Assembly (NCBI GenBank): GCA_964532425.1
Contig: CAZHIA010000001.1
Location: forward strand, 201,481 to 265,480
Direction: 5' to 3'
DNA length: 64,000 bases
Origin: an uncultured Candidatus Saccharibacteria bacterium
GTDB taxonomy: Bacteria; Patescibacteriota; Doudnabacteria; UBA920
The position numbers were made by a program, and so were the translations under genes. The notes under the pieces are model-generated. The model ran no database searches. It saw only the letters and a program-made list of their open reading frames with translations, and was not told the DNA's origin. Within the stretch, counting starts at the first letter, position 1. Every line of letters begins with the position of its first letter. This document shows positions 19,971 through 29,833 of this stretch, one piece after another.

Positions 19971-22514
19971 ATGGAAACAGAAACTTCCACAATTGAAGAA
20001 GGACAACCCGGACAGGAGCCATTCGAAGGCCGCTGGTCGGAAACCGGCGAGAGCCAGATCGATCACCTGCTCTTACAGGTTGATTTGCATGAGCTTTCCG
20101 ATCCGGGGTCGCTCGAAGCTGCTGAACTGTCTCTGTATCCCGAGAATGATGATGAGGGGTTGGGGATGTTGCCGGAGACGGAAGGCGAAGCCGAATTTCA
20201 GGAAAAGTTCGGTTCACTTCCCGAACTCGTTGCCGCTCTGGGTCCGCAGCAGGTTGGTTGGGAAAAAGTCGCAGCCAGTTCCGGTGGCGATGTCTTAAAA
20301 CGCGACGGGCACGAGTGGGTGTTCCGGGACAAAGATGGGCAAGAGACGTCCGTGACGCAGGCAGTGCAGGGTACGGCAATAGAAGCTCGTCATGCCGGCA
20401 TTCTGGAACAGTTGTATAACCAGGGGTTTGCCGTTTCTGAATTTGAGCGCGACCGCGAGACATTGGTGCGGGAAGTGTATTTTGCCGATGAAAAAGGCCG
20501 TATCAGTTTTGAAGTCTATGCCTTCAACAAAGAACAGGATGGATTTGAATTAGATGCAGAGAGAGAACTTGGAGAGGAGAGTGTGGCCAGCAGTGCGGAG
20601 CCGGCACTTCCGGACTCTACTGCTATTGACGATTTGGAAATTGAACCGCAACAACTGACCGTGCAACAGGGGGAAGTTCTATTCGAAACAGCCGTATTAG
20701 GAACAGATATGGAAGCGGAAAGTTCGGACAGTGAACTTTCCGCGGTTGCACTGGAGCTGGATGAAGCCGGAGTTGCGCCCGAATTTTTTGATGATGGAGT
20801 TGTTGAGATCAAAACTGAAGATTTGACCCAGGTCGAACCGGCTGCCGAAGAGATGGCTGTGGATGCGCCTCCGGAAAAGTATGCGGTTTTGCCGAGCAGT
20901 GTTCCGCTGAAAGAGACAGTGATGCAAGCGGCCATGAATGTCGCCGTTGATGGACAGGCTGTCCGGACAGTGGCGGAACATGTATTGCCCATAGAATCCA
21001 TAGGAGTGATGGAAGCAATTTCTTTTGAAGCGCAAGGGATTGGAATTCAGGAACCTGAAATTGAAGCTCACCAGGTCCCGGCAGAGAGTGAGAAGCCAGT
21101 CACTGAATCCGCCGACAGAAAACAAGAGGGTGCAGTGCCGTTTATGGGAATACCGGATGCGATAGTTGTGCGGCAAGAAATAGCTCCGACAGCGGAAGAG
21201 ACAGTACAGGCATTAGGTAATTCAGCCATTGAAACAAGCCGCACGTCCGAAGTACAGCCCAGAGCCGTGCAGCAGAACGCTCCCACTATCGAACTGGCAA
21301 TTATGCCAGAAGTTTTCAGGACTGAGGCACCCGTTCAGGATATCCTGGCGACTGAATCCGCTACCGCAGATATCGAATCGTTGCTGGTGTCGCCAGTGGT
21401 TGCCGAGACGGTTCAAGCGGTTTTGCCTTCGGAAGCGAGCAGCGGGATTGAACTCGACACTGAGTATTGGATTGATTCAGAAACGGACACAGTGAGTATT
21501 GAAACCGGCCCTATGCTCCGGCAAGAAAGAGCTGAGTTTACTGAAGGTACACCAACCGTTGCCCCGGTAGAAATCGGCGGTGAGAAGCCCGCAGAAGGAT
21601 TATTTGAATTTGGAAGTAAACCGGAAATTGTAGAGACGACAGTACAGGAAGATTCTCACGCCAGCCAGGCTATTGAAATCGCTGCCGTATCCGAAGAAGA
21701 GTCCGAGATTCAAATCCAGGAGGATCTCGAACCCGCTCAGGAGTCTAAGCCGCGTCAGATTCAGGCTGTGCCGGAAAGGGTTTACTATGAATTTGCAACT
21801 CTGGAATCATTAGGTATAGCCGTGCAGGACGGTGAAGAAGCACAGGACCGGAGTATGCCTGAAATTTTACTTAAAGGCAGTTTCAAATCAGAACAGCGCG
21901 AGCCGGAGGAGGGGCTTGTGGCCGAATTAGAGGATGCCTCGGTTCGGTACACCAAGACAGTAACCGTCGAAGTGCCAGAGAGGTCTCCCCAGCAGCGGTC
22001 TGGCGAACCTCACCAAACCAGCGCAATAAGTGAATCCCGTAAATCCTCCAATGAGGTATCCACGGAGAAGCTTGGTATTTCGCTCGAAACGGAAGTTGTT
22101 GTAACTGGACAGGAGAGCGCAGTTCTTGTCGCTGAAGAAGATGTTTGGGAAGATCCGCGGGTCGAAACCGGGCAACCTGCGGTTCGGATAGCGGACATGG
22201 GGAGGCTGGAAACGGAGTTCAAAACACCAGCCGCAGTCGAGCCACAACCTATAATGAAGGCCACCCTGCTTCAGGATGGAGCAGAAACCTCCCGTTTTGC
22301 AACGCAGCTTGGTATTGAGTTGAACGAGTCCGTATCCGATGTACGGCAATCCGAATTCGCCAGTCAGCAGCAGCCGGCCTTACGAACCGTTTCGCGGACA
22401 GAAACGCTCGGTAGTGCGGTTCAGGCAGCCCGTCCGGTCTTGGACGCGGATGATTACGAGATGCAAGTGCCGCCAAATTTGCCGCGAGGGAAACGTTTGC
22501 AATTTGCAACATAA
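19971..22514 (+). CDS. Large, very acidic (Glu-rich), low-complexity protein
   Basis: ~847 aa open frame dominated by E/A/V/S/T; only the N-terminal ~190 aa looks folded. Confidence 0.75.
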   Translation: METETSTIEEGQPGQEPFEGRWSETGESQIDHLLLQVDLHELSDPGSLEAAELSLYPENDDEGLGMLPETEGEAEFQEKFGSLPELVAALGPQQVGWEKVAASSGGDVLKRDGHEWVFRDKDGQETSVTQAVQGTAIEARHAGILEQLYNQGFAVSEFERDRETLVREVYFADEKGRISFEVYAFNKEQDGFELDAERELGEESVASSAEPALPDSTAIDDLEIEPQQLTVQQGEVLFETAVLGTDMEAESSDSELSAVALELDEAGVAPEFFDDGVVEIKTEDLTQVEPAAEEMAVDAPPEKYAVLPSSVPLKETVMQAAMNVAVDGQAVRTVAEHVLPIESIGVMEAISFEAQGIGIQEPEIEAHQVPAESEKPVTESADRKQEGAVPFMGIPDAIVVRQEIAPTAEETVQALGNSAIETSRTSEVQPRAVQQNAPTIELAIMPEVFRTEAPVQDILATESATADIESLLVSPVVAETVQAVLPSEASSGIELDTEYWIDSETDTVSIETGPMLRQERAEFTEGTPTVAPVEIGGEKPAEGLFEFGSKPEIVETTVQEDSHASQAIEIAAVSEEESEIQIQEDLEPAQESKPRQIQAVPERVYYEFATLESLGIAVQDGEEAQDRSMPEILLKGSFKSEQREPEEGLVAELEDASVRYTKTVTVEVPERSPQQRSGEPHQTSAISESRKSSNEVSTEKLGISLETEVVVTGQESAVLVAEEDVWEDPRVETGQPAVRIADMGRLETEFKTPAAVEPQPIMKATLLQDGAETSRFATQLGIELNESVSDVRQSEFASQQQPALRTVSRTETLGSAVQAARPVLDADDYEMQVPPNLPRGKRLQFAT

Positions 22515-22581
22515 ATTCAGATGTCTTACCCGCTTCGCAATGGCGTCCTAAGGTTTGAATATAACAATTGAGGTAGTCCGT

Positions 22582-24243
22582 ATGGTCGATTTTAACAAAA
22601 TTTCATATTACGACCTGAAGCTGGAAGCAATGAAGGGCAGGCTTGCGGCTGTTGTGGGTAGACGCGATGAGTTCTCTCGAATCTCGCGTGTCATTGCGCG
22701 TCATATTCATAATAACTGCATTTTGGTCGGGAATAGCGGCGTGGGCAAGACTGCGCTTATTCACGGGTGGGCTCAATCGACACTGTTGGATGAAAACCGC
22801 TCCATGCTTCCTATTGTGCAGCTTGAAGCGGAAAGTTTTGCGTCTTTCGGTTCGGCGGGGACCATCCCACTGCAGCGTTATAAGGAGGCGTTCGAATCCC
22901 TGCCCCCCTGTGTGTTGGTTATCGACGATTTTGGGGGGATCGTTTACAATAAACCGTCAGCCGTGCATACGATGCTCCAGCTGCTCAGACCGGTGGCGGA
23001 GAGTGGCCAGGTGCAGCTTATGCTCGTCATGGAAACCAAAGAACATAAATGGTTGGAGAACGAGCAGCCGAATTTTTTGAATTTTTTTGAGACCATTCCG
23101 GTCAAGGAACAATCGCATGCTGAGCAGTTGGAAATTTTAAAAAATTCTCAGGAGTGGTTCCGCAGCAAGCAGGCCGCGGGCGCGGATGATGTTTTGCTCG
23201 AACTTATTCTGCAGCTGGTGCAGCGGTTTGCCATGCTCGGGCAATTACCGGCTTCGGCTGTGAAGATTTTGGATGAAGTTCTGGCGCTTGCCCAGGCAGA
23301 AGGAAGAATGCAGGCCGCTGAATCCGACGTGTACCGGGTCGTTTCGGACAAAGCCGGTATCCCGCTGTCGCAGCTGCAAGTTTCGGAAAAAGAACAGCTT
23401 AAGAATTTGGAGCGCAATTTGAATTCCCGGATCATTGGGCAGCCGGCCGCGCTGAGTCGGATCGCCTCGACGATCAAGCGTGCCAAACTGGGTTTAAAAA
23501 ATCCGGGACGTCCGCTGGGTTCGTTTCTGGTGCTCGGCCCATCCGGCGTTGGTAAAACCGAGACGGCAAAATTCTTGGCCGAGACCGTATTCGGAAAGTC
23601 CGACAGTTTCATCCGTATCGACATGTCCGAATTCGGGCAGGAGCACACGGTGGCCCGGCTGATCGGCTCTCCCGCCGGCTATGTGGGGTTCGATGCGGGC
23701 GGCGGCCTCACCAATGCGGTCAAGCAGGAGCCGTACAGCTTGGTGCTGCTCGACGAGATCGAAAAAGCACACCCGAAGATTTTTGATATATTTTTGCAGA
23801 TCCTGGACGACGGCCGCTTGACCAGCGGGCAGGGTGAGACCATCGATTTCACCCAGACTATTGTCATGGCCACTTCGAATATGGGTGTGGAAGAGATTAT
23901 CAGGGGCCACGAGACGGGAGAAGATGTACATAGCGACTCGTTCTTCCAACAGCGGCTTGTGCCAGTGCTCTCGAAATCTTTCCGCCTGGAATTTTTAAAC
24001 CGATTTGACGCGGTGCTGGTATTCAAGCCGCTGACCGAACCTGATCTGTTGGAGATCGCCAAACTGGAAATTAAGAAGGTTGAGGCTCGCGTGTCCCGGC
24101 ACAACATCAAGTTCAAGATTGACCCTTCCGTACTTGTCAGGCAGATCAGAAACCTTGCAGATCCGCGTTTTGGCGCCCGCCCGGTCAAGCGGTTCGTAGA
24201 GACGACGTGCGAAGATTTGATTAGTAAAAAATTGTTACAATAG
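22582..24243 (+). CDS. ClpA/B-like double AAA+ ATPase lacking the N-domain
   Basis: D1 GNSGVGKT with altered Walker B (VIDD); D2 GPSGVGKTE, RIDMSEF, RLIGSPAGYVG, LLDEIEKAH, FGARP. Confidence 0.9.
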   Translation: MVDFNKISYYDLKLEAMKGRLAAVVGRRDEFSRISRVIARHIHNNCILVGNSGVGKTALIHGWAQSTLLDENRSMLPIVQLEAESFASFGSAGTIPLQRYKEAFESLPPCVLVIDDFGGIVYNKPSAVHTMLQLLRPVAESGQVQLMLVMETKEHKWLENEQPNFLNFFETIPVKEQSHAEQLEILKNSQEWFRSKQAAGADDVLLELILQLVQRFAMLGQLPASAVKILDEVLALAQAEGRMQAAESDVYRVVSDKAGIPLSQLQVSEKEQLKNLERNLNSRIIGQPAALSRIASTIKRAKLGLKNPGRPLGSFLVLGPSGVGKTETAKFLAETVFGKSDSFIRIDMSEFGQEHTVARLIGSPAGYVGFDAGGGLTNAVKQEPYSLVLLDEIEKAHPKIFDIFLQILDDGRLTSGQGETIDFTQTIVMATSNMGVEEIIRGHETGEDVHSDSFFQQRLVPVLSKSFRLEFLNRFDAVLVFKPLTEPDLLEIAKLEIKKVEARVSRHNIKFKIDPSVLVRQIRNLADPRFGARPVKRFVETTCEDLISKKLLQ

Positions 24244-24424
24244 TTATTAGTAGTAATCTCGAATATGGCGAATACAGCGCAAATATACCAATAGTTATTG
24301 GCCGTTCAAATTTCAAAAGGTGGTGTGCTGTATTCGTATATTTGTGCTTGATTCGTATATTAGAGAATACTATTTTGAGATTACTCCTCCTCGATTATTA
24401 TTAGGGAATACCCCTTAAACGTAT

Positions 24425-24739
24425 ATGAACAAGAACGAGTTGATTCCATCACGCGAGTTGTCGCCGTCTCAATCAGCGGAAACCGAGGCACCTTCAGGCA
24501 TGTTGACCAAGGATGATGCGGAACGGGTGTATGCCGGCAGGCAGCACGATCTGGAACAGGTTCGCCCGTTTATTTGCCTGAAGTTCTACCATGAGATCAG
24601 CGAAAAGCTCGAGCGGGAAAAGCGCCAGTTCGACCGGTTACTGCATATCGAGGATAAAAAGCAGGACATACTCTCGCGCTACACCTTCGTGCTGAACCCA
24701 TACTTTTTTGAACAGAGGTTTATCGATCAACGAGCCTAG
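24425..24739 (+). CDS. Hypothetical protein
   Basis: 104-aa ORF between the Clp-like and VirD4-like genes. Confidence 0.6.
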   Translation: MNKNELIPSRELSPSQSAETEAPSGMLTKDDAERVYAGRQHDLEQVRPFICLKFYHEISEKLEREKRQFDRLLHIEDKKQDILSRYTFVLNPYFFEQRFIDQRA

Positions 24740-24742
24740 TTG

Positions 24743-24873
24743 CAAATTTCCAATATCCAATTTCCAACCTGCCTGCCGGCAGGCAGGTTTCCAATAAAAT
24801 GTCTAATGCTCGAATTTGGAAATTATTATATTTGAAATTTTGTTAGGAATTAGAAATTGGGAATTTGAAATTT
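24743..24873. repeat. 7-mer-unit hairpin with an embedded CCTGCCTGCCGGCAGGCAGG palindrome
   Basis: aaatttccaatatccaatttccaa [palindrome at 24767-24786] ...ttagaaattgggaatttgaaatt. Confidence 0.7.
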
Positions 24874-24874
24874 T

Positions 24875-26158
24875 ATGCCTACGTCTTCTATTATTCTTGG
24901 TGAAAACATTTACCGCAATGTGCATCGGCCAATCGTGTTCCAGGACCATGACCGGCTGCGCCATACGTACATGCTCGGCAAGACCGGAGTGGGGAAGTCC
25001 ACGGTCTTTCAGAATATGTGCTTGCAGGACATCCGCAACCGGCACGGCGCCTGTTTTATTGACCCGCACGGCGAATCTATTGCTTGGCTGCTGGAACGTA
25101 TCCCAGAAAACCGCCTGGAAGATGTCATTCTGTTTGAACCTGCGGACGAGGACTGCTCATTCGGGCTTAACCTGCTTGAGGCCAGCAGCGAGCGCGAGAA
25201 AGATTTTTTGGTCTCCCAGGTCATTGAAATTTTTTACAAGCTATTCGATCCCGGACGAACCGGCATTATCGGCCCGCAATTCGAACACTGGCTGCGCTGC
25301 GCTGCGCTGACGGTCATGGCGGGCCCGGAAGGCGGGAGTTTAATAGAGATCCCCCGGCTGTTCATTGATAAGGGGTTTGAAGCCAAAAAACGCAAGTACC
25401 TCAAAGACCCGGTGGTCCTGGATTTTTGGACCAAACAAATGGCCGGCACTTCGGATTTCCACAAGTCAGAAATGCTCAACTACTTCACCTCAAAGTTCGG
25501 CCATTTCATGAACAATTCGCAGATGCGCAACATTATCGGCCAGCGCGTTTCATCATTCAATTTTGACGAGGTACTGCGCCAGGAAAAGATTCTACTGGTC
25601 GATCTATCCAAGGGCAAGATTGGAGACATGAATGCGCAAATGCTCGGGCTCATTTTGGTAGCCAAGTTGCAGGGGGCGGTGCTCAGGCGTGCCGCCGTAC
25701 CGGAGCAGGAACGATACCCGTTCTACCTGTATGTCGACGAATTCCAGAATCTGGTCACAGACACGTTCGCGTCCATGCTGTCCGAGTCGCGCAAGTACGG
25801 CCTCGGGGTGCATTTAACCAACCAGTACTTCGCGCAGCTGCCGCCGGCTATGCAAAATGCCGTGCTGGGCAACGTCGGCACGCTGCTGGCGTTTGAAGTG
25901 GGCGTGGAAGATGCACAAATCTTAAGCCGCGAATTTGCCCCTATCGACAAGGAAGACTTTATAAACCTGCCGCGCTTCTCGTTTTATATCAAGCTGATGA
26001 TTGATGGCAAGACAAGTGAGGCATTTTCCGGAACCAGTCTGCCGCCGGACAGCAAGGTCATGGCAGGCAACGGCGATCGTATTCGTCAGATCAACCGTCT
26101 AGCTTATGCCGTCCCGCGCCTTCTCGCTGAGGAGCTGGTGAAGAGTTATATGAGATAG
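24875..26158 (+). CDS. VirD4/TraG/HerA-like coupling ATPase (CPR type)
   Basis: DRLRHTYMLGKTGVGKS, FIDPHGE, LYVDEFQN, SESRKYG, NQYFAQL, GNVGT. Confidence 0.9.
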   Translation: MPTSSIILGENIYRNVHRPIVFQDHDRLRHTYMLGKTGVGKSTVFQNMCLQDIRNRHGACFIDPHGESIAWLLERIPENRLEDVILFEPADEDCSFGLNLLEASSEREKDFLVSQVIEIFYKLFDPGRTGIIGPQFEHWLRCAALTVMAGPEGGSLIEIPRLFIDKGFEAKKRKYLKDPVVLDFWTKQMAGTSDFHKSEMLNYFTSKFGHFMNNSQMRNIIGQRVSSFNFDEVLRQEKILLVDLSKGKIGDMNAQMLGLILVAKLQGAVLRRAAVPEQERYPFYLYVDEFQNLVTDTFASMLSESRKYGLGVHLTNQYFAQLPPAMQNAVLGNVGTLLAFEVGVEDAQILSREFAPIDKEDFINLPRFSFYIKLMIDGKTSEAFSGTSLPPDSKVMAGNGDRIRQINRLAYAVPRLLAEELVKSYMR

Positions 26159-26339
26159 ATCGAGCTTTGAATATCGGTGAGGGTAATAACCATAACCATA
26201 GGGGAACAGCAGCGCATTCCATTTCTTCACGACCGTCAAGAAATGGAATGTGTTGTTATATGAGTGTAATATGCTGTCGTCTATAATGATGGTTTTGAGA
26301 ACGGTCGTCGTTCTTGGAGGGCTGTGATACAATAAGTGT

Positions 26340-27965
26340 ATGGAGATTCTAAAAAAATATTTCCACCATTGGCATATCTCCAATGCTTTTTTGGCAGCAC
26401 TTTTGTTTGTTTGTGGTTTGGCGGTGTATGCCAATACGTTTGGTAACGGCATGTTCTGGGATGACAACGATTTTATCCTGAACAATCAGTACGTTCAGCA
26501 TTGGCAGTATGTACCTAACATGTTCCGGGAGAATGTTATAGCCGGCTCTGGCCTGAATAGTAATTACTGGCGGCCGGTGCTGCTTCTGGTCTTTTCTACA
26601 GAGTGGCACGCCTGGCAGGGGTGGACGCCCGGATACCATCTGGTCAATACTGCATTCCATTTGGCAAATGACGTGCTGCTGTTCTTCCTCTTATTAGCTG
26701 TATTTCGCAAGCGAGCACTGGCATTTTTGGCAGCCCTTATTTTCCTTGTCCATCCGCTGCAAACCGAAGCGGTATCGTATGCTAACAGCCTGGGAGATTC
26801 GCTGTCAGTCTTTTTCATGTTCTCAGGATTGTTGCTGTATGCCCGGGCGATAGCTCTGGGTCGGCCTGCCTGGCGCCAGTGGCAGCCGTATGCTGCGGCT
26901 ATGTTGTACGCACTCGCTCTCATGTCGAAAGAGACCGCGGTCGTCATGCCTGGCTTGCTAGTACTGATCGACATCTTCGGGCATCACCAGTCGCGGCCTG
27001 AGAGTTGGAAAGAATTCCTGCGCTCTCTGCTCGGTTCCGTGAGGCGGACGTGGCCGTATTTTCTTCTGGCTGCCGTGTATATTGGACTGCGGGCTACGGT
27101 ATTGAATTTGGGCAACACATTCAACCTCTATAACGAGACTACGGTTTTTACTGCCAGCGTATGGGTTCGGATTTTGACTTTTTTCCGGATCCTTCTCGAA
27201 TATTTCGGCCTGATGTTCTGGCCGCGCGTCTTGCATATGGAACGGAGCGTGGCCATTGCCACCAGCCTGCGTTCTATTGATGTCTGGCTCGGCGGATTGC
27301 TGGCTGCGGGTTTGCTGGCCTTGGCAATCTGGCGTCTGCCCCGGCGGTCGGCGGTGAGTTTCGGCATATTGTGGTTCTTCTGTGCCGTATCCGTGACTTC
27401 CAACATTGCCGCGCCGATCAATGGTTTGCTGTATGAGCACTGGATGTATGTCCCTCTGGTTGGTATTTTTCTCGCTTTAAGTTCGCTCGGGATGCAGTTG
27501 TGGGGGCTGAAAAGCGCAGCGCTCAAGCCAGTGAGGGTTTTGCTGTTATTTTTTGCGGTCGTGATCCCGATCGGTTTTGCGGTCCGAGCCATAGCACGGA
27601 ATGTGGAGTGGCGCGACCCCGTCACTTTTTATACGCAAACGCTGCGGTATGCCCCGACCAGTTATCGTATTATCAATAACCTCGGTATGGAGTATGCCGG
27701 GCGCCAAATGTACCAGCCGGCGCAGCAACAGTACGAACGGGCGGTGCAGCTTGATATGACAAACCCGGTAGCTCACCACAATCTCGGCAATCTGTACGTT
27801 GCGGAGGGCAGGTACCGTGAAGCGGTTACCGAATATGAGACCGCTCTGAACAATGATCCAAAATTCCTTTTCTCGTATCGCAATCTCATCGGGCTTTATT
27901 TGCAGCTGGGCGATAAGCAGGCAGCCGAACGCTGGTACCTGCAGTTTCTGCAATACATAAAGTGA
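26340..27965 (+). CDS. TMTC-like GT-C glycosyltransferase with C-terminal TPRs
   Basis: FWDD, YWRPV, HPLQTEAV, SKE, YEHWMYVP; TPR NNLG motifs. Confidence 0.85.
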   Translation: MEILKKYFHHWHISNAFLAALLFVCGLAVYANTFGNGMFWDDNDFILNNQYVQHWQYVPNMFRENVIAGSGLNSNYWRPVLLLVFSTEWHAWQGWTPGYHLVNTAFHLANDVLLFFLLLAVFRKRALAFLAALIFLVHPLQTEAVSYANSLGDSLSVFFMFSGLLLYARAIALGRPAWRQWQPYAAAMLYALALMSKETAVVMPGLLVLIDIFGHHQSRPESWKEFLRSLLGSVRRTWPYFLLAAVYIGLRATVLNLGNTFNLYNETTVFTASVWVRILTFFRILLEYFGLMFWPRVLHMERSVAIATSLRSIDVWLGGLLAAGLLALAIWRLPRRSAVSFGILWFFCAVSVTSNIAAPINGLLYEHWMYVPLVGIFLALSSLGMQLWGLKSAALKPVRVLLLFFAVVIPIGFAVRAIARNVEWRDPVTFYTQTLRYAPTSYRIINNLGMEYAGRQMYQPAQQQYERAVQLDMTNPVAHHNLGNLYVAEGRYREAVTEYETALNNDPKFLFSYRNLIGLYLQLGDKQAAERWYLQFLQYIK

Positions 27966-28037
27966 GCCGTTTATACTTTTTGACTTTTATATCCTGAAGG
28001 CGTATAGTGCAGGCACTTCAACCCAAAGGAGAAAAGT

Positions 28038-28496
28038 ATGGAAGCACCCAAAAAGTCAGGCATGGCCCTGGTGCCGGTTCGTACTGTGCATGGCTTTCCG
28101 GTCTTTTTCGAGAAAAAGCCTTCGGAAGAGTTCCTTGAGTCTGTCATTCATTGCGGCTCGACCGACATTAGCTGCGAATTTTGCGGTCGTTACCACTTCA
28201 CCCCGGACTTTCAGAATCAGGAAGGCGGGGAGAAATACGAAGAGTATTCCAAGAAAGCCGAGCTGAAACCGGGCGGCGAATTTGTCGAGCATGACGAGGA
28301 CATGGTTTCGTGGGGCATGCTTGACGGCAAACAGTACGTGGTCGACTGTCCATGCCATGCCGGCGTCGCGTATGAGCAGCTGTTCTGGAAACATCTGGAA
28401 CTGATTTCTGGCTACTCGATCAAACGGGCCGTACAAATGAAACAACATGCCGAACGGGTGCTCGAACGCGCTCAGGCGATTGTGGTTCCAAAATAG
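28038..28496 (+). CDS. Hypothetical Cys-containing protein
   Basis: CEFCGR and DCPC; TTGACT-17-TATAGT promoter at 27980-28008; AAGGAG RBS. Confidence 0.7.
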   Translation: MEAPKKSGMALVPVRTVHGFPVFFEKKPSEEFLESVIHCGSTDISCEFCGRYHFTPDFQNQEGGEKYEEYSKKAELKPGGEFVEHDEDMVSWGMLDGKQYVVDCPCHAGVAYEQLFWKHLELISGYSIKRAVQMKQHAERVLERAQAIVVPK

Positions 28497-28663
28497 CGGG
28501 ACAAGCAAACAGGCCGCTCTCATTAAAGAGCGGCCTGTTTTATATAATCTGATCGATTCAGAAATACCAAATAATATGTCCGAAAAATGTCATGGTTTCC
28601 GTAGGGGCCGGTCGCGACCGGCCCGTACACAGGAACGTAGCTTCCTGCACGACATTGATCTGA

Positions 28664-29575
28664 TCAAAAGACGTACAGGAAGATGGAAATGCTGATCAGG
28701 GAAATTATGGTGGAAAGAATGATGCAATTGGCAACAAATTCCTTGTCCAACCCGTACTTTTCCGAAATGACGAACGCGGTGACAGCTGTGGGCATGGCAG
28801 CCATGAGGCCGGAGACCCTGGTTTGCGGCTGGTCTAAACCGCAAAGCGCGGCAGCCACAGCCAGGAGTAGGGGGAAAATGGCCAGCTTGAGCACGACACT
28901 CAACGCTGCCAGTTGGGCATGGCGCGGGTGGAACTTACCATGAAGGAAGCCGCCCAGGGCAAATAAGGCAACTGGGGAGGCAGTGGCGCCGAGCATGGCC
29001 AGCGTCTTATTTACAAAGCCGTCAATGGCCGGGATGCGGACAAAGCTCAATGCGATGCCGACTGCCAGGGAAACAATGAGCGGATGGCGGACAAAATCCA
29101 ATATGTATGTTTTGACATTTTTAGTCCGCAGTACGAAGAATTCCACGGCTAGAATAGAGAACGCCAGCCCTATGGCAAAATGCGCCGTACCTGCTACGAT
29201 GGCATCGGAGTATTGCTTTTGTTCGACTGCGCCCGTAACCAAGGGGAAGCCCATATAAATGGTGTTGCCGACCAGGGCGGTCAAATAGATGGCAGCCTTG
29301 AGTTTGCGCTCCATCCGGAGAAAGCTCAGCAGGAGGACGAGCAGGACGCTGAAACCGATGAGTCCGAGCACATTAAAGCCAAGCAGCCCGAGCAAGTGCG
29401 AGTTGGACCAGACCGTCTGCCGAAAGCTGCTCACAATCAGCGCGGGCAGGGAAATATAATATACGAACGTGTTGAGCACGTGTACCCACTCGTCAGTGAC
29501 CACATGCCTGCGGCGCAGCAAAAAGCCGAGGCCAATAATGGCGAATATGGGGAGTACTACCTGGATGATTTCCAT
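28664..29575 (-). CDS. AEC-family (auxin efflux carrier/malate permease-like) transporter
   Basis: VLPIFAIIGLG, YYISLPAL, GNTIYMGFP, ASPVALFALG, AAMPTAV. Confidence 0.9.
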   Translation of the reverse strand: MEIIQVVLPIFAIIGLGFLLRRRHVVTDEWVHVLNTFVYYISLPALIVSSFRQTVWSNSHLLGLLGFNVLGLIGFSVLLVLLLSFLRMERKLKAAIYLTALVGNTIYMGFPLVTGAVEQKQYSDAIVAGTAHFAIGLAFSILAVEFFVLRTKNVKTYILDFVRHPLIVSLAVGIALSFVRIPAIDGFVNKTLAMLGATASPVALFALGGFLHGKFHPRHAQLAALSVVLKLAIFPLLLAVAAALCGLDQPQTRVSGLMAAMPTAVTAFVISEKYGLDKEFVANCIILSTIISLISISIFLYVF

Positions 29576-29603
29576 GTGTTTGTTTCTGAAGTTTTCTGTC
29601 TCA

Positions 29604-29769
29604 GAGACTGTCTGAAAAGAGATTTTTATGGCGATAATTCAGATTTTCGAGCGAAAGGCTTGAAGAAAAACGAGGTGTCCCGATGTCCTTCGGGACGGTG
29701 AAGTTTTGATGAAAGCCTTGCAGCCGAAAATCTGAATCTGCAGACAAAAAGAACTTTTCAGACAGTCTC
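29604..29769. mobile_element. MITE (166 bp) with 16-bp terminal inverted repeats and a 3-bp TCA target duplication
   Basis: GAGACTGTCTGAAAAG ... CTTTTCAGACAGTCTC flanked by TCA on both sides; nested internal inverted repeats. Confidence 0.8.
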
Positions 29770-29833
29770 TCATAATATTATACACTATTTGTTCGACAAA
29801 AAAGCTCCGGAAGCGGAGCCGTAATGCTGGCGG

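Noticed and set aside
24875-26158. Conjugative element
   Set aside because: No relaxase, VirB4 or mating-pair genes in the window
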